Positions 29,980-40,130 of a DNA stretch of 64,000 nt are shown here, piece after piece; position 1 is the first letter of the stretch, and each line of letters begins with the position of its first letter. Both the position numbers and the translations under genes were made by a program. Where the stretch lies: the NCBI GenBank assembly GCA_963770895.1, contig CAVYRF010000002.1, forward strand, positions 4,704,001-4,768,000. Reading direction: 5' to 3'. Source of the DNA: an uncultured Acidobacteriota bacterium. Its GTDB lineage: Bacteria > Acidobacteriota > Thermoanaerobaculia > Multivoradales > UBA5704. The notes beneath the pieces are model-generated. The model was not told the origin of the DNA and did no database searches. It saw nothing but the letters and a program-made list of their open reading frames with translations.

Positions 29980-31629
29980 TCAGGTGCCGGCAGCGAGCGC
30001 GCGGTCGACGATCGCCTGAGCCTCTGCAAGGATGAGACGCAGGTGATCCTCCCCACCAAAGCTCTCCGCATACACCTTGTAGATGTCTTCCGTGCCTGAT
30101 GGCCGGGCGGCGAACCAGCCGGTGGCCGCGGTGACCTTCACGCCGCCGATCGGCGCGTGGTTGCCGGGAGCCTCACTGACGATGCTTTGGATTGTTTCGC
30201 CGGCCAGCGTGGAGCTGTGCACCTGCTGCGGCGAGAGCGCCGCCAGCCGCTGCTTCTGCTCCGGCGTGGCCGCAGCCTCGATGCGGTCGGCGCTGGGCTC
30301 GCCAAGCTGGCGCGTCAGGTCGCGGTAGATCTCGCCCGGATCGCGTCCGGCGCACGCGGTGATTTCCGCCGCGAGCAGCGCCGGCACGATGCCGTCCTTG
30401 TCCGTCGTCCAGACCCTGCCGTCGCGGCGCAGGAAGGAGGCGCCCGCACTCTCTTCGCCGCCAAAGGCGAGCGAGCCGTCGAAGAGGCCGTCCACGAACC
30501 ACTTGAAGCCGACCGGCACCTCGTACAGCTGGCGCCCGAGCTTCGTGGCCACGCGATCGATCATCGCGCTGGTCACCACCGTCTTGCCGACCGCGGCGGT
30601 CGCGGGCCACTGCGGCCGATGTGAAAACAGATGGTCGACGGCGACCGCGAGATAGTGATTGGGTGGCAGCAACCCGGCGCCGCGCGTGACGATGCCGTGC
30701 CGGTCGTGGTCGGTGTCGCAGGCGAAGGCGATGTCGAAGCGATCCTTCAGGCCGAGCAGCCGCTGCATGGCGTAGGGCGACGACGGGTCCATGCGAATGC
30801 GCCCGTCCCAATCCACCGTCATGAAGGCGAAGGCCGGATCGACGGTCGTGCTGACCACCGTGAGGTCCAGGCCGAAGCGCTCGGCGATCGCGGCCCAATA
30901 GTGGACTCCCGCCCCGCCCAGCGGATCGACGCCCAGGCGCAGGGACGCGCCGCGGATCGCCGCCATGTCGATCACGTTGCCAAGGTCGCTGACGTAGGTG
31001 TTGAGAAAGTCGTAACGGTGCGTCGTGGCGGCGCGCAGCGCCCGCTCGACCGGAATTCGCATCACCCCCGCGAGGCGGCGCTGCAGGAGCTGGTTGGCCT
31101 CCGCTCCAATCCAACTGGTGATCCCGGTGTCGGCCGGTCCTCCATGCGGCGGGTTGTACTTGATTCCACCATCCTCGGGTGGATTGTGCGAAGGCGTGAC
31201 GACGATGCCGTCGGCCAAGCCGGCGGTACGCCCGCGGTTGTAGGTAAGAATGGCGTGCGACACCGCGGGGGTCGGCGTGTATTCGTCGCCGTCGGCCAGC
31301 ATGACCTCCACGCCGTTGGCCGCCAGCACTTCGAGCGCACTGGCGCACGCCGGCACCGACAGCGCGTGCGTGTCGATACCGAGGAACAGCGGCCCGTCGG
31401 TGGCATGCTGCGCACGGTAGCGGCAGACGGCCTGGGTGATGGCGAGGATGTGCCATTCGTTGAAGCTCCGCAGCAGCGAGGAGCCGCGATGCCCCGACGT
31501 GCCAAAGGCAACCTGCTGCTCGAGGTTCGCTGGATCGGGCACCTCGGTGTAGTAGGCGCTGACCAGCCTGGGTACATTCGCCAGAATGGAGACGGGAGCC
31601 GGTTTGCCGGCGAGCGGACTGATCTTCAA
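29980..31629 (-). CDS. pgm: Phosphoglucomutase
   Basis: [30 protein letters not shown] and [11 protein letters not shown]. Confidence 0.95.
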   Translation of the reverse strand: MKISPLAGKPAPVSILANVPRLVSAYYTEVPDPANLEQQVAFGTSGHRGSSLLRSFNEWHILAITQAVCRYRAQHATDGPLFLGIDTHALSVPACASALEVLAANGVEVMLADGDEYTPTPAVSHAILTYNRGRTAGLADGIVVTPSHNPPEDGGIKYNPPHGGPADTGITSWIGAEANQLLQRRLAGVMRIPVERALRAATTHRYDFLNTYVSDLGNVIDMAAIRGASLRLGVDPLGGAGVHYWAAIAERFGLDLTVVSTTVDPAFAFMTVDWDGRIRMDPSSPYAMQRLLGLKDRFDIAFACDTDHDRHGIVTRGAGLLPPNHYLAVAVDHLFSHRPQWPATAAVGKTVVTSAMIDRVATKLGRQLYEVPVGFKWFVDGLFDGSLAFGGEESAGASFLRRDGRVWTTDKDGIVPALLAAEITACAGRDPGEIYRDLTRQLGEPSADRIEAAATPEQKQRLAALSPQQVHSSTLAGETIQSIVSEAPGNHAPIGGVKVTAATGWFAARPSGTEDIYKVYAESFGGEDHLRLILAEAQAIVDRALAAGT

Positions 31630-31795
31630 ACCGGCGCCTGGTCTTTTCTTTCACGCATGATCGCTTACCGGCCAGGCCGCCACAGGCGCTGCGTGCGGAG
31701 GATCGCCGCCGGCCAAGCAGGCTACAGCGTTTTGCACGATAGCTGCCAGGCCGCCTGAACCGCTCTCAGCCGGGGAGGTCGGTCAGGCTGAAGTT

Positions 31796-32164
31796 GTGGC
31801 CGAGGGGGCCGGCAAAGAAGCTCCATGGTCCAGCCGCTGCTGGTCAAGACCATGCCTCTGGCAGGACATTCTCTTCCGCACGTTGTGCGCCCGCGGCAGC
31901 GCGGGCGCCTGGCGCACCTATCGGCAGCACGCAAAGGTTTCCGCCCAGTATCGCGACCTGGCCATCGGCCGCACCCCGCCGCCGGCCGGCGTCAACATCG
32001 CCACGGTGTGCACCGAGCCGCCTTACGTGGCCTCCCTGACGATGGATCGCGCGGTGCTCATCAAGGCCTCGGCGGCTTTCGGCCGGCGCACGCTCGCGGC
32101 CCTCGGCGCCACCTGGGTTGATTGGAACCTCGGCCCGGCCAGCGCGGCCCGCCTGGTAACCTGA
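31796..32164 (+). pseudogene. Possible gene fragment or hypothetical ORF at the island's left edge
   Basis: Coding-like GC3 bias over roughly 31860-32164 but no convincing start or RBS. Confidence 0.3.
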
Positions 32165-32280
32165 GCCGGGTGCGAACCGGTAGAATTGGGGGCGCCAGCG
32201 GTTTACGGGAGGAGTGCGATGCAGGCGAGCCAGCCGGAGGGCGGCGAAGAGCTTGAACGCGGGAAGCGTGGAGCTGGGAC

Positions 32281-33066
32281 GTGGTCGAGCATCGCGCCCA
32301 GCTGGGAGCGGTCGAGTGCATCGTCGAGGAGATGCTGGGTGACCAGGCTCTGCGCCGCTTCGCCGCCATGCGCGACGCGGTGCCGCTGCTGCTGCACGGC
32401 ATCGGTCTGTCTCTGGGCAGCAGCGAGGGGCTCGACCCGGTGCGCCTGCGGCAGGTCGAGCGCGCGGTCCAGGCGCTGCGCCCGCCCTGGTTCTCCGAGC
32501 ACATCGCCTGGACGCGGGCCGGCGGCGTCGACGTCGGCCACTTGACGCCCCTGCCCTTCACCCACGAAGCGGTCCAGACCGTCGCGCGCAACGTGGAGAC
32601 CCTGCAGCGCGCCCTTCCCGGCGTACCGTTGCTGCTGGAAAACATCGCCTACACCCTGCCCTTGCCGGGCTCGCAGATGACCGAACCCGAATTTGTCCGC
32701 GCCGTGGTCGAAGCCGCCGGCACCGGGCTGCTGCTCGACCTGGAGAACGTGCACGCCAACACCCTCAATCACGGCGGCGACGCGCTCGACGCCATCGCGG
32801 CGCTCCCCCTGGAGCGGGTGGTCGAAGTCCACCTGGCCGGTGGTCTCTGGCAGGAAGGGGAGTACGCCGACACCCACACCCGCCCGGTGCCCGAGGAGTC
32901 CTGGGCGCTGCTCGAATGGCTGGTGCCGCGAGCCCCCAACCTGGCGGCAGTGATCATCGAGCGCGACGACGATCTGCCGCCCTTCGCCGACCTGCTCGCC
33001 GAGGTGCGGCGAGCGCAGGGCATTCTCGATGCAGCTCGCCGACCTGCAACGCCAGCTGGCCGCTAG
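32281..33066 (+). CDS. DUF692 / MNIO (MbnB/TglH-like) multinuclear non-heme iron enzyme; N-terminus possibly frameshifted
   Basis: LHGIGLSLGS, FSEHIAW, LLLENI, LLLDLENV, EVHLAGG, DTH and IERDD iron-ligand motifs. Confidence 0.85.
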   Translation: MVEHRAQLGAVECIVEEMLGDQALRRFAAMRDAVPLLLHGIGLSLGSSEGLDPVRLRQVERAVQALRPPWFSEHIAWTRAGGVDVGHLTPLPFTHEAVQTVARNVETLQRALPGVPLLLENIAYTLPLPGSQMTEPEFVRAVVEAAGTGLLLDLENVHANTLNHGGDALDAIAALPLERVVEVHLAGGLWQEGEYADTHTRPVPEESWALLEWLVPRAPNLAAVIIERDDDLPPFADLLAEVRRAQGILDAARRPATPAGR

Positions 33067-33547
33067 CCTCACCGGCCGCAGCGGCCGCAGCGCCCCGCCG
33101 GCCGGTTGCGCCGCCACCGCCATCGCACGCGCCCGCCGCGCCCTCGCCGCCAAGCGCCGCCGCGCCGTCCGCCACCTGTTGCCGCGCACCGCGGCAGCCC
33201 TGGCGGGCCGCTGGGAGGCCTGCTGGGGTCCCCACTGCGACCGCTACACGCCCAGCGGCATGCTCTATCACGTGGACGATGCGTGGGAGCTCGCGGCGCA
33301 CCTGGCAGCAAGCCGGCCGCGAGCGCGAGAGCGCGGCGCCGTCGCCATCTCCCCAGAGGTCCGCAGCGCCGCCCACGACGACCTGGTGAGCCTGCGGCTC
33401 CGCTACAGCCGCAGGCGCAGGGTTGGAGGCCTGCGCATCCGCGAACGCCGCGGTGTTGTCGTCGCCTGGATCTCAACCCCGCGCCACACCCTGGTGATAC
33501 GGCTGCCCGGCCGCCGGGGGCTGCTGTGGCAATGGCGAGTGGGGTAG
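33029..33547 (+). CDS. Putative DUF692 partner protein
   Basis: Overlaps DUF692; LADLQRQLAASL...ALAAKRRRAV...LLP resembles MNIO-associated partner domains. Confidence 0.55.
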   Translation: MQLADLQRQLAASLTGRSGRSAPPAGCAATAIARARRALAAKRRRAVRHLLPRTAAALAGRWEACWGPHCDRYTPSGMLYHVDDAWELAAHLAASRPRARERGAVAISPEVRSAAHDDLVSLRLRYSRRRRVGGLRIRERRGVVVAWISTPRHTLVIRLPGRRGLLWQWRVG

Positions 33548-33627
33548 TAGGCGCGGGCAAGGTTCTGGCCGGGAATCAAGAGGCAGTTGGGTGGGGAGTA
33601 AGGAGGAGGAGCAACCTGGCGCGGATT

Positions 33628-33801
33628 TGTTCGCAGGGCAGGATATTGCCCGAGCGCACACCGCGGGCTCAGGGATTGGCGAGTGCGCAGTCGAGTGGGC
33701 AATGTGTTCAGGTGGGGCAGAGGAGCTGGAGTTGGCGAGGTTGGCCGGATTGAGAAGCGCACGGGGGCCGCGGTGCGCGCGAGGCAAAGTTACCGAAGGA
33801 G
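33628..33801 (+). repeat. Double-hairpin repeat, copy R1
   Basis: TGTTCGCAGGG...GAGCGCACACCGCGGGCTCAGGGATTGGCGAGTGCGC...GAAGCGCACGGGGGCCGCGGTGCGCGCGAGGCAAA...CGAAGGAG. Confidence 0.9.
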
Positions 33802-33876
33802 ATTGGGCGGGCAGACCCAAAGGAGCGAGGTGCCGGCCGACGCGGTTCCGCGCTGAGCCTGCGCTGCGAGTATTCT

Positions 33877-34116
33877 ATGTTCGATGATGCCAAGCCCAAG
33901 GCGCCCCTGGATTGCTGGCGGCTATGGAGAGAACGGCAACAACGTGCCGGTAGCGATCTCGATTCTTACCGCGCCAAGCTGGCAATCGAAACTCACCTGT
34001 CGCGGATCGCCCAGCATCGCCCTCTAGACTCGATTGTCGAGCCAGAATTGCGAGCTGCGGCTGCAGGCCTCCGCAAGTGGTTTTCCCAAGAGTTCTTTGA
34101 TGGCCTCATGGATTGA
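33877..34116 (+). pseudogene. Short ORF, probably the 3' remnant of a larger gene
   Basis: No RBS, lies just after R1 and overlaps the next ORF as in a two-gene module. Confidence 0.35.
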
Positions 34117-34405
34117 TGGTTCCCTCTGCCCGGACGTTGTTGTGCCTGCGTCTATCGACTCGCTGGCGGATCGGGTGGATTTCATCGTCCGCCTCTGCGG
34201 CGCCTGGGACTTCGGTGTGCTCCCAGGCCGCGCGACCCTCTCCGAAATCTGCCGGCCCGACTGGAGGGCGGCCATCGACGCGGCGCGCCTTCTCACCTCT
34301 CCCAGCTATCACCTGGTTCGCCGCTGGCACGGACTGGAACCTCAAACCTATTGTGGCCAGCAGCTTGCCTACATCCGCGACGATCCCAGCTTGAATTTCG
34401 TCTGA
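34100..34405 (+). CDS. Hypothetical protein
   Basis: MASWIDGSLCPD...AWDFG...DDPSLNFV; protein-like composition, coupled to the upstream ORF. Confidence 0.5.
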   Translation: MASWIDGSLCPDVVVPASIDSLADRVDFIVRLCGAWDFGVLPGRATLSEICRPDWRAAIDAARLLTSPSYHLVRRWHGLEPQTYCGQQLAYIRDDPSLNFV

Positions 34406-34597
34406 CATGACCTTGCCATCCTGGCGCCTTGAGCGCCAGTGGGCGCCTGAAAAAATCTGCTCGGCGACGAGATCACGTAGGGCTCGCGGGCGCGCGCGTG
34501 GACTGCGCTAGCGTTTCGGGGGCCTTTGCCGCCTTGCCGCTCTTCCTCGCGGTAGGTCCTTGCCCTTCGACTCTCAATCCACTAGCTTGGATCATTG

Positions 34598-34626
34598 TTG
34601 ACAAGAAAAGTTGTCAAGGGTACCAT
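34598..34626 (+). promoter_or_regulatory. Promoter TTGACA-N17-TACCAT with inverted-repeat operator TTGACAA-N6-TTGTCAA
   Basis: Near-consensus boxes; the -10 ends 6 nt before the GTG at 34633, suggesting a leaderless mRNA. Confidence 0.7.
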
Positions 34627-34632
34627 CGCCTT

Positions 34633-35235
34633 GTGCTCGACATCCAGGTCATCGATGATCCGGGCGTGGCGATGGTGGCCATGGAGCCGATGCGGAGTCG
34701 ACTGCTTTCCGAGCTGGCTGCGCCCGCCTCGGCGGCGACGTTGGCCGCGCGGGTTGGCTTGGCTCGGCAAAAAGTCAACTACCACCTGCACGCCCTGGAG
34801 GCGCAGGGGCTGGTGCGGCTGGCCCAGGAACGCAAGTGGGGCGGGCTGACGGAGCGGCTGCTCGTGGCGACGGCCGCGTCCTACGTCATTTCGCCGAGCG
34901 CCCTGGGTCCGGTCGCAGCGGATCCGAATCGGGAAATCGACAGGCTGTCCGCCAGCTATCTCATCGCCTTGGGCGCACGGGTCGTTCGCGAGGTGGGCGA
35001 TCTCGTTCGTCGTGCGCAAGACGCGGGCAAGCGCCTGGCGACCCTGGCGGTGGATACCGAGGTTCGCTTCCGGTCTGCGACGGACCGGGCGGCTTTCAGC
35101 AACGAACTCGCCGAGGCCATCACGAAATTGGTTGCGAAGTACCACGATGAAACCACCCCCGGCGGCCGCGCGCATCGCCTGGTGGTCGTGGCGCACCCCC
35201 TGCCGCAGAGAGCTGACCCCAAGGAGCCATCATGA
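34633..35235 (+). CDS. ArsR-like HTH transcriptional regulator
   Basis: EPMRSRLLSEL..PASAATLAARVGLARQKVNYHL wHTH. Confidence 0.85.
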   Translation: MLDIQVIDDPGVAMVAMEPMRSRLLSELAAPASAATLAARVGLARQKVNYHLHALEAQGLVRLAQERKWGGLTERLLVATAASYVISPSALGPVAADPNREIDRLSASYLIALGARVVREVGDLVRRAQDAGKRLATLAVDTEVRFRSATDRAAFSNELAEAITKLVAKYHDETTPGGRAHRLVVVAHPLPQRADPKEPS

Positions 35236-36056
35236 GCGTGAAGAAAGAAGCTTCCGGACGCCGTTCCGTCCAGGTCGAAGTCGAGGTCCCCGGCACGCCG
35301 GAGGAAGTCTGGCAGGCCATCGCCACCGGGCCGGGTATTTCGTCCTGGTTCGTGCCGACTGAGTTCGAGGAGCTCGACGGCAAGCCCGTAGCGGTGAAGT
35401 TGAGCTTCGGTCCGGGCATGGAGTCCCGTTCTGCCGTGACGGCCTGGGATCCGCCGCGGATGTTTGCCGCCGAGGCCGATGGCTGGGCTCCTGGCTCGCC
35501 GCCCATCGCGGACGAGTGGAGCGTCGAAGCGCGCGGGGGAGGCATCTGCGTCGTCCGCGTGGTGCATAGCCTCTTCGCCAGCACGGACGACTGGGACAAC
35601 CAGCTGGAAGGCACCGAATCCGGCTGGCCTGGCTTCTTCCGCATCCTGCGGATCTATCTCACGCACTTCCGCGGCCAACGCTCCGCGATGATGCAGTGGA
35701 TCGCCCCCGCCACGGGAACCGAAGCCGAGGCATGGGAAACGCTGACCGCGGCATTGGGGCTGAACGGCGTGAGCGCTGGGCAGAGTTGGGCCGCCCCGGC
35801 GAGCGTCCCTGCGCTCGGCGGCGTGGTGGAACACGTCAGCCAGAGTCCGTGCAATGCCCTGCTGCGGCTCGACAAGCCGGGGCCGGGCGCCGCCGCCCTT
35901 GGCGCTGTCAACTACGGCGGCGCAATCATGGTCACGCTGAGCTTCTACCTCTACGGCGATCAGGCGGCCGGGACCGCCGCCCGCGAGACACCGGTGTGGC
36001 AAGCGTGGATTCAAGAACGCTTTCCGGTGCCGTCGGAGACGAACAACAGTGAATGA
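35232..36056 (+). CDS. SRPBCC/AHSA1 domain protein
   Basis: EVPGTPEEVWQAIATGPGISSWF, TAWDPP and GW..F motifs; ATGA coupling. Confidence 0.85.
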   Translation: MSVKKEASGRRSVQVEVEVPGTPEEVWQAIATGPGISSWFVPTEFEELDGKPVAVKLSFGPGMESRSAVTAWDPPRMFAAEADGWAPGSPPIADEWSVEARGGGICVVRVVHSLFASTDDWDNQLEGTESGWPGFFRILRIYLTHFRGQRSAMMQWIAPATGTEAEAWETLTAALGLNGVSAGQSWAAPASVPALGGVVEHVSQSPCNALLRLDKPGPGAAALGAVNYGGAIMVTLSFYLYGDQAAGTAARETPVWQAWIQERFPVPSETNNSE

Positions 36057-36391
36057 TCGCGTGGTCATGGGAGCACACTCCCGTCGTTGCGCGTGATTGT
36101 CGAGCAACGCAAACGGTCGATCCCCGGCCAGTTGAGGGCCGGATGCCGTGGCGATGTCCGCAAGCGTGTGGCCCGCGTCGAGCGCCATCGATGTAAGACG
36201 CTCAGCCCGCCTCGGCACTATCGATTTCTCTGATACAGGCCACTTTATAGCTGCGTCATGCGGTGGTGTCCTGGACAGGACACCACCGCGCGGCACTGTG
36301 CCGCGTCGCGCCACGCCACGCCTTGACTTAAAATTGCAAGGCGGTATATACGTCGTTGCTGCAAACTGGCTGTGCTGCGAGGCCGAAACCT

Positions 36392-37789
36392 ATGTACCCT
36401 ATCTTTGCGACCGCTTGGGCCTTGGCCGTCCTTTTTCACCTGGCGACGCCGCACGGGGCCGAAAGGAACGCGGTCTCCGCGCTGCTGCTGGTCGCGGCGC
36501 TGGTCACGATCCTTTTCCCGGGCAACAGCTTGGCGCTGGTGACGCTGGCAGTGTGCCAGATCGCGCAGTTCTGGGAACGGCTCCCCATGCGAGCTCAGAC
36601 CAGCGAGTACTTCAAGTTCATTTGCGGTCTCTGCCTCATCGCCACGTACGTTCCCCAGGCATCGGCGCAGGGGACGGCGTCGATTGCGACCGACCTTTGG
36701 TTCGCGTCCTTCGCGCCGTTGTTGAGGCTGGCGACGAGCCTGCTGTTTTTTGCCTCGGTCCTGCACAAGCTCAATGCCGGTTTCTTCAGCTCCGAGCGCA
36801 GCCACGCCGGGAAGATCGTCGGGCCTCTCATATCCGCTCTCGGATTGCCAAGCCCCAGATGGTTGCGCGCGATGCTGCCCTACGCGACCGTGCTTGGCGA
36901 ATTCTTCATCGCGGCGGGCCTGCTCTTTCCGGCGACACGGGCAGCGGCCGTATGGACGTTGCTGCTGATGTTCTTTGCCGTCGGCCTGCGTGGGGTCGTC
37001 CAGTTTGCCTGGCTGATGTATGCCGTGGGGCTCCTGTTCTGCGACGATCGGGTGGCCGCTCGCGCCATGCCTTATGTGGCGACAACCTTCTCGGTTCGTC
37101 ACGTGCTCTTTGCGCTTGCCTGCTGCTTCTTTTTTCCCGCGGCCATCCTGCTGCGGCGGCGCGCGACCGCATTGCTGCTCCTGGTCAGTACCGTCGTGAT
37201 GGCTCTTGCCTTGTTTGCCTGGTCGGCGGCGGCCGTCACCGGTGCTCCCGCTCCCATGATATGGACAGGAGCAAGCTTGCCGCTGTCCACGGCTCAAATC
37301 GCCCTGCTGGTGCTCTTTTCGCTCAACGAGCTGGGGCCTTATGTTGGCTACAAGGACTGGCCGACCTTTCGCATGTACAGCAATCTCGAAAGCGGATTTA
37401 CCATCAATCACCTATTCCTGAGGGCTTGGCTTTTTACGCCATTTTTCAAGCGGCGGCAGGAGGTCCTGCTGTCGCCGTCCACCGTGAAGCGCATCCCCTA
37501 CCAGCGCTTCAGAGCCGGCGGCGACCTTTATCTGCCGTATAGCTCCCTGGCGGTGCTGGTCCGAGAGTTTGGCAAGGCGGGAGGGCCCCCCATGCCCATC
37601 CAATCTCCCGACCCGGGCAGCAGCGCCGCGACGGCCGCGGCGACCGCGGCGATTTCGACGACCGCGGCGCCCGGGGAGAATGCCGAGCGGACAGCAAGCT
37701 CGTGGTTGGATCTGCTCATGCCGCCGCGCTTCTTCTTCCACTATCCGTGCTCGCGGCCGCCACAAGCTCCGGAGCTCAAATCGCCCTAG
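36392..37789 (+). CDS. Polytopic membrane protein (HTTM-like)
   Basis: Many TM segments; FASVLHKLN and PYVG...FRMYSNL. Confidence 0.6.
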   Translation: MYPIFATAWALAVLFHLATPHGAERNAVSALLLVAALVTILFPGNSLALVTLAVCQIAQFWERLPMRAQTSEYFKFICGLCLIATYVPQASAQGTASIATDLWFASFAPLLRLATSLLFFASVLHKLNAGFFSSERSHAGKIVGPLISALGLPSPRWLRAMLPYATVLGEFFIAAGLLFPATRAAAVWTLLLMFFAVGLRGVVQFAWLMYAVGLLFCDDRVAARAMPYVATTFSVRHVLFALACCFFFPAAILLRRRATALLLLVSTVVMALALFAWSAAAVTGAPAPMIWTGASLPLSTAQIALLVLFSLNELGPYVGYKDWPTFRMYSNLESGFTINHLFLRAWLFTPFFKRRQEVLLSPSTVKRIPYQRFRAGGDLYLPYSSLAVLVREFGKAGGPPMPIQSPDPGSSAATAAATAAISTTAAPGENAERTASSWLDLLMPPRFFFHYPCSRPPQAPELKSP

Positions 37790-37904
37790 CCAGGGCGTCC
37801 TCTCGATATCGGCTCGGTCGTCACCTGCGCCGGCGCGGTTCCCTTCGGTAGCGCCTGGGGTGGGGGTAGCTGCCCCCGGCCAGGCCCGTCAGGTAGGGGC
37901 GAGC

Positions 37905-38076
37905 ATTTCGAAGGGCTGGCGGTTGCCCGAGCGCGCACCGCGGGCTCAGGGTGTGGCGAGTGCGCGGTCGCGTGGGCAAGGATTAAGGTAAGGCAGGGAG
38001 AGGGAGTGGGCGTTTTCGGTCGGGGTGAGAAGCGCACGGGGGCCGCGGTGCGCGCGAGGCAAAGAAATCGAAGGAG
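37905..38076 (+). repeat. Double-hairpin repeat, copy R2
   Basis: Same left and right arms as R1 with a divergent centre. Confidence 0.9.
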
Positions 38077-38100
38077 ATACTCGTATGCTGGAGGTTCCCT

Positions 38101-38319
38101 ATGAAGAACATCACCTTGAGCGCCGACGAAGACCTGATCGAAGCCGCACGCGCCCGTGCGCGGGCCGAGCACACCACGCTGAATGAGCAGTTCCGCCGCT
38201 GGCTGGGCGAATACACCCAGCGCCAGAAGCAAGCGGACGCAGCCTTGGCAGTGATCGACGAGTTGCGCGGCAAGCTGCGCACCGGGGGGCGCCGCTTCAC
38301 TCGTGGGGAAGATGAATGA
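38101..38319 (+). CDS. Antitoxin (RHH/VapB-like)
   Basis: MKNITLSADEDLIEAAR...TLNEQFRRWL...RRFTR; RBS GGAGG; coupled to a PIN gene. Confidence 0.75.
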   Translation: MKNITLSADEDLIEAARARARAEHTTLNEQFRRWLGEYTQRQKQADAALAVIDELRGKLRTGGRRFTRGEDE

Positions 38320-38408
38320 ACGCTGATTTTCTCGACACCAACATCTTCGTCTATCTGTTGGACGAGACCGACGAACGCCGCCGCGAGATCGCGCGGCGCC
38401 TGGTCCAC
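38316..38408 (+). pseudogene. Truncated PIN-domain (VapC) toxin
   Basis: FLDTNIFVYL...RRREIARRLV, then homology stops at a 45-bp repeat. Confidence 0.7.
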
Positions 38409-38453
38409 GCGGCCGCGCAGCGGGCCGGGAAGGCGACGGTCGGACAGGTGGCG
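38409..38453 (+). repeat. 45-bp direct repeat B, copy 1
   Basis: GCGGCCGCGCAGCGGGCCGGGAAGGCGACGGTCGGACAGGTGGCG; 43/45 identical to 41792-41836. Confidence 0.8.
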
Positions 38454-38969
38454 TCAGGGTTTAAGGCTGTAGGCCGCGGCCATCGCGCCGGCGCCAGCCT
38501 GGTACTTGCGGGCGCGGGCCAGTTCGGCGATCTGGCGGATGTGGCCGAGGTCGTGGAGCGCCCATTCATTCAACATCTGCGACATGGTGATCTCGCCATA
38601 CTCCTTATGCACGGCGAGGCGATCGCCGGCACCGGCGGGGAGGTTGCGGAGGAAGTCGATGTTGTGCTCGCGCTGCTCCTCGAAGTGATCGATGGCATCC
38701 TCGGGGTCGGCATCGCGATAGAGGTCGAGGTACATCTGAGCGTCGTCGGGCTCGAACTGGGGACGGGTTTCCGCCATGAAACGATCGAGGCGCATGCGGT
38801 AGCAGTCGCCTTCGGAGTGCGACAGGTGGGCCAGCACCTCGGCGACGGAGAAGCGTTCGGGCGCCGGCTTCCAGCGGGCGTCCGCATCGGTCAGCTCCGT
38901 CATCAGGGCGCGGAGAATTCGAGGCGTGGCCTCCAGCAGGTCCAGGCAGGGCAGTCCGTTTTCCGTCAT
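38454..38969 (-). CDS. DinB family protein
   Basis: WKPAPERFSVAEVLAHL and WALHDLGHIRQI. Confidence 0.85.
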   Translation of the reverse strand: MTENGLPCLDLLEATPRILRALMTELTDADARWKPAPERFSVAEVLAHLSHSEGDCYRMRLDRFMAETRPQFEPDDAQMYLDLYRDADPEDAIDHFEEQREHNIDFLRNLPAGAGDRLAVHKEYGEITMSQMLNEWALHDLGHIRQIAELARARKYQAGAGAMAAAYSLKP

Positions 38970-39083
38970 GGGTTTATCCTACGACGTTGTCGCCGCCATC
39001 GACATGGCGGGTGTTGCCTGCCGGAGAGGCGATGAGTAGCCTGGGCGAGCCGGACCGCAACGGGGCCGGCTCGCCGATTGTGG

Positions 39084-39332
39084 CTAACAGACCGGCGAAG
39101 AGTGGTGCAGGACGTAGGCCGATTGGGTGCCGTAGCACTCGCAGTCGCCGCAGTCGTTCTGGCACGAGCCCACGACGGTGGTGTAGGTGTCGTCCGAGTA
39201 GTACACCCAGGTGTCCAGCTCGGTGTCGCGCGGATTGCAGTAGAAGGTCGCATGCGCCAGGGGCGGGGCTGTCGCCAGAGCTGCCAGGGTCAGTACGGCG
39301 ATCAGGCAGACAAAACGTCTTGCGGTCGTCAT
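39084..39332 (-). CDS. Small secreted Cys-rich protein (DUF6289-like)
   Basis: Signal peptide, then YYSDDTYTTVVG and six Cys; RBS AAGGA. Confidence 0.65.
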   Translation of the reverse strand: MTTARRFVCLIAVLTLAALATAPPLAHATFYCNPRDTELDTWVYYSDDTYTTVVGSCQNDCGDCECYGTQSAYVLHHSSPVC

Positions 39333-39925
39333 GGCCATTCCTTTCGGGGTTGAAGCCGGATGTCGCACCTTGCGGCCGGCGGTCAGTAGCAGATCTGGGC
39401 TGGGTTGCCCCAGCCGATGGACTTTCCAATCTCACCTTAGTTTAGTGCCTGCCATACATCAGCAGCAACACGCGGGAGAGCCCGGCGCTTCGCGGTGCGC
39501 CGCGAGGGTTTTCTTGAAAATCCGCGGATCGCCGCGCCGGTCTTTGCCGCGCCGGAGGTTCCCGCGACTCAGCAAGCTCGCCGCCACCGGCGGGCAAGGG
39601 TCCGCCGCGCCTGCCGGCGGTGCGGAGGTCTGTCCGATGGCACGCCTTCCGAGCTTCCAGCCCGCGCCGCAACCTGCGCAGGTGGTTTGTGCGGACCCCG
39701 CAGCGATGCGGCGTACGCCGGCCAGGCTGAGTTCTTCGTCTGTGGCTCGGGACTGCGCTGCCTGGCGCAAGGCACGTGCAGGGCCACCTCCAGGACGCGG
39801 TGCAGGTGCCTCATCATCCAGGCCCCGCACCGGGTGTGCCCCGCGCTGGCGCTGGCGTAAGGGGTCGCTTGGGGCGTGTCCGGGGCCGTGGCAGGTGACA
39901 GCGCCGAGCGGGCCGGCGGGGTGTC

Positions 39926-40097
39926 TGTTCGCAGGGCTGGCTGTTGAGCGAGCGCGCACCGCGGGCTCAGGGTTTGGCGAGTGCGCGGTTGCGTGGGCAA
40001 GGGTGCTGGTGGGGCAGGCGGACGGCTCTGGCGCGATGGGCCGGGGGGAGGAGCGCACGGGGGCCGTGGTGCGCGCGAGGCACAAGAATCGAAGGCG
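39926..40097 (+). repeat. Double-hairpin repeat, copy R3
   Basis: Conserved arms; near-identical to R4 over 39911-40122. Confidence 0.9.
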
Positions 40098-40130
40098 AGC
40101 GGGCGGGCGAGACGACGCGGGCGACGGCTT

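Noticed and set aside
38316-39035. 239-aa PIN toxin ORF
   Set aside because: Only the first ~30 codons are PIN-like; the rest is antisense read-through over the DinB gene
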